From NCBI GenBank assembly GCA_965218795.1, contig OZ244653.1, positions 2,432,001-2,496,000 on the forward strand: a stretch of 64,000 nucleotides of DNA, written 5' to 3'. The translations under genes and the position numbers were made by a program. Position 1 is the stretch's first letter. Each line of letters starts with the position of its first letter. This DNA is from a bacterium. Its GTDB lineage: Bacteria > UBA8248 > JACPRG01 > G963555815. Below, one piece after another: positions 61,460 to 64,000 of this stretch. The notes beneath the pieces are model-generated. The model did not search any database. It had not been told where the DNA came from and saw only the letters and a program-made list of their open reading frames with translations.

Positions 61460-61691
61460 GATAACTCCGTGAAAAAAACGAAAGAAGCGCTAGAGATCCA
61501 GATTCGTTGAGAGGGCTTCATGGGGACGATTGGCGTTGAAGTCCTGATGGAAATTTGCGGACGGATGCCGAGAACCGCCGGAGGATGAAGTTCCGCTCCC
61601 ATGCCATCCGCCTCTTCGCGAAAAGGCCTGCCAAGGCGACGTGAATTCGCAGTCGCACGCTGCCGCCAAAATGTCCACCCACACGGTGACT

Positions 61692-62909
61692 TTACTCCTC
61701 ATACCGCCAGGAGCACTCGTTCAGACTCACCAGGCTGTCCTTCGTGACGTGGTACATGTTCTCCACGCAGGCTGTTCCGAACCCGTACCGCACCAGCATC
61801 GGCTCAAGACAAAACACCATGTCCTCTTCCAAAACCGACTCGTTGGCGGGATTGATGGAGGGCGGGACGTGGGAGAATGTGCCGATCCCGTGACCCCGAA
61901 AGTAAAGATAATCCTCCACCCCTTTTTCCTTGGCCGCCTCGATCCCAATCTTCGCCAGGTCACAGATCCGGATGCCCGCCCGAGCTTCTTCCAATACGGA
62001 CTCGACGATGGCGATCTGCGCCTCCATGAAATCCCGCTGCTCCCCGGAAGGTCCGCCGACGACCGTCTGGCGGGAGGCGTCGCTGGAGTAGCCCTTGTAG
62101 ATTCCGCCCAGGTCCGCGAAGACCCAATCCCCCTTCTGCATGCGCCGGTTCATCGGCGGGACATGCTTGAAACCCGATCGCGGGCCGGATGACAGGGCCA
62201 TCGGGAAGTTTCCGTTCTCCGCGCCGTTGCGGAACAGCGCCTCCATCGCGAGCGCCGCCAACTCGTACTCGCTCACCCCCGGCTTGGCGTTGACCATCGA
62301 GGCGTGCAGGGCCTCATCGAGGACTCGGGCGCTCTCCTTGAGGACTTCGATCTCGGCAGGGCTCTTGATGGTCATGGCCTCGGCCATCAGCTTGCCCGCG
62401 TCTGTCAGCTCGGCTTTGGGGAGGATCTCCCGAAGAGGTTCCTTCAACGCCGCTGCGGATTCGCCCGACAGGGCGATCGTCCCGTCGCTCACGCCCTGTT
62501 CGCTCAGGATATCGCCCAGGTGATCAAAGACGCTGACCGCGCCCGACGCCGTCCGCGGATGCGCTGCGCAGCGGACGTCCCGCATCCAGACGTGCTGGAT
62601 GCCCGAATGCATCGGCTCGCCGTGAAAAATGGAGTTGGTCGTGAAGGCCGGCTCTCCCTCTGCAGGAATGACGCAAAGGTTGTCCCCCTTGTAATAGTCC
62701 TCGAAGTTGGTCAGATAACGAATCGCGCCCCGGTCGCCCCGCGTGCCGTACACGATGAGGGCGTCGAAACCCCGCTCACGCATCGTCTCCCGGACTCCTG
62801 CGATCCGTCCTTCGTACTCTTCAACGGAAAAGGGGATGTCCGCCCACTTCTGCCGGGACTCGAAATCGAACGGGACCTTCCCCCATCCGTACGGCATCTT
62901 CGACATCAT
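61692..62909 (-). CDS. M24-family Xaa-Pro peptidase/creatinase-like protein
   Basis: IKSPAEI, DLGGIYKGYSSDASR, GHGIG, CLEP, VENM. Confidence 0.92.
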   Translation of the reverse strand: MMSKMPYGWGKVPFDFESRQKWADIPFSVEEYEGRIAGVRETMRERGFDALIVYGTRGDRGAIRYLTNFEDYYKGDNLCVIPAEGEPAFTTNSIFHGEPMHSGIQHVWMRDVRCAAHPRTASGAVSVFDHLGDILSEQGVSDGTIALSGESAAALKEPLREILPKAELTDAGKLMAEAMTIKSPAEIEVLKESARVLDEALHASMVNAKPGVSEYELAALAMEALFRNGAENGNFPMALSSGPRSGFKHVPPMNRRMQKGDWVFADLGGIYKGYSSDASRQTVVGGPSGEQRDFMEAQIAIVESVLEEARAGIRICDLAKIGIEAAKEKGVEDYLYFRGHGIGTFSHVPPSINPANESVLEEDMVFCLEPMLVRYGFGTACVENMYHVTKDSLVSLNECSWRYEE

Positions 62910-62938
62910 TTCAGTTCCCTCTTGAATTTCCGGGGAGC

Positions 62939-63087
62939 GCTTTTTGGAGGCAACGCGCCTCCGCGTTTTCGCGGCGCCTGCTCGGCGCCGCAGCCGGGCT
63001 GAACAATGGAATCGCAGATGATCAACCCTGATGCCCGGCGAAACCGAAGCAGGCCGTGCCTGCCCCCCAGGCCTTTCAAGGGCTTCT
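62939..63087. repeat. ~150-nt structured intergenic repeat, copy 2
   Basis: See 57960..58113. Confidence 0.9.
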
Positions 63088-63164
63088 CCTGGTAGTCTTT
63101 CCCTTTCGTTGCCCTTATAATCTCCCATCTCGCCCAGGAAATCGATTCTTTTTGGGGATTTTCC

Positions 63165-64000
63165 ATGGGACCGTTGGACGGAATTCGCGTGCTCGATCTT
63201 TCCCAGATCGTCGTGGGGCCTTATTGCACCATGCTGCTGGGCGACCTGGGCGCGGAGATCATCAAGGTCGAGCGTCTGGACCGGGGGGACGACACCCGCG
63301 ATTGGGGGCCGCCCTTCCTGGACGGCGAGAGCGCCTACTTTCTCAGCCTCAACCGCAACAAGAAGAGCATCACGCTCAACCTGAAGGAGCCCGAAGGGCT
63401 CCGGGTTCTCATGCACCTTGCGGGTGAGTGCGACGTCCTGATTCAAAACTTCAAGCCGGGGACCCTGGATCGCCTGGGGGCGGGCTACGAGGCCGTCGCG
63501 GGGGTGAATCCGAGGATCATCTATTGCTCGATCTCCGGCTACGGGCCGACGGGGCCTTATAAGGATTTCGGGGGGTACGACGTGATCATCTCGGCGATTG
63601 GCGGGCTGATGAGCATCACGGGCGAGACCGACGGGGCGCCGGTGAAGGTGGGTGTCGCCATCACCGACATCGCGACGGGGATGCTCGCCCACGGCTCGAT
63701 CACCGCCGCATTGTACGCACGGGAGCATACGGGGAAAGGGCAACATATCGACCTGTCGCTCCTAGAGACCCAGGTAGCCGTCCTCATCAATCAGGCGAGC
63801 AGCTATCTCAACGGTGGTGTGGTACCGAAGCGATGGGGCTCCCGCCACCCATCCATCGTTCCGTACCGGGATTTTAAGGCGAAGGACAATTACGTCATCA
63901 TCGGCGCGGGAAACGATAGCCTCTTCCGGCGGTTCTGCAAGGCCGTCGGGCATCCGGAGTGGGCGGAAGATTCGCGATTTTCGACCAACCCCGACAGGGT
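63165..64000 (+). CDS. CaiB/BaiF family III CoA-transferase (runs off window)
   Basis: Not in ORF track: MGPLDGIRVLDLSQIVVGPYCTMLLGDLGAEIIKVE...GDDTR...LNRNKKSITLNLK...ISGYGPTGPY. Confidence 0.95.
   Translation, partial: MGPLDGIRVLDLSQIVVGPYCTMLLGDLGAEIIKVERLDRGDDTRDWGPPFLDGESAYFLSLNRNKKSITLNLKEPEGLRVLMHLAGECDVLIQNFKPGTLDRLGAGYEAVAGVNPRIIYCSISGYGPTGPYKDFGGYDVIISAIGGLMSITGETDGAPVKVGVAITDIATGMLAHGSITAALYAREHTGKGQHIDLSLLETQVAVLINQASSYLNGGVVPKRWGSRHPSIVPYRDFKAKDNYVIIGAGNDSLFRRFCKAVGHPEWAEDSRFSTNPDR

Noticed and set aside
62910-63746. N-terminal extension of the M24 peptidase in the ORF track (likewise 17594..18946, 39228..40700, 36802..38016)
   Set aside because: Extensions overlap other real genes or the intergenic repeat; internal starts with RBS fit family lengths

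Overview
GC-rich bacterial window dominated by catabolic genes and by gene erosion. The catabolic set includes a xanthine-dehydrogenase-family Mo-hydroxylase, several amidohydrolases, a nucleoside-type ABC transporter, hydantoinase and C-N hydrolase, LLM/PPOX oxidoreductases, UbiD decarboxylases, phytoene-desaturase-family oxidoreductases and a CoA-transferase. Between them lie IS remnants (IS481, RAYT, IS1595, IS5, IS3), pseudogenes and deletion-made chimeric ORFs. Five signals stand out. (1) A tandem pair of PrdB/GrdB-like genes with an in-frame TGA in a U-P-I-C motif and SECIS-like hairpins; one copy is intact, one is decayed, and both are split in the ORF track. (2) A relic type V CRISPR locus: a TnpB/Cas12 C-terminal stub, one 36-nt Cas12m-like repeat, and a spacer cut by IS1595. 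(3) A candidate amidohydrolase-related dinuclear oxygenase next to a Rieske ferredoxin. (4) A phosphorus-scavenging region with a Pho-box-like array upstream of a HAD + FAM151-like fusion. (5) A duplicated ~150-nt structured leader. No rRNA or tRNA was recognised. All family calls come from reading motifs by eye; no database search was run.
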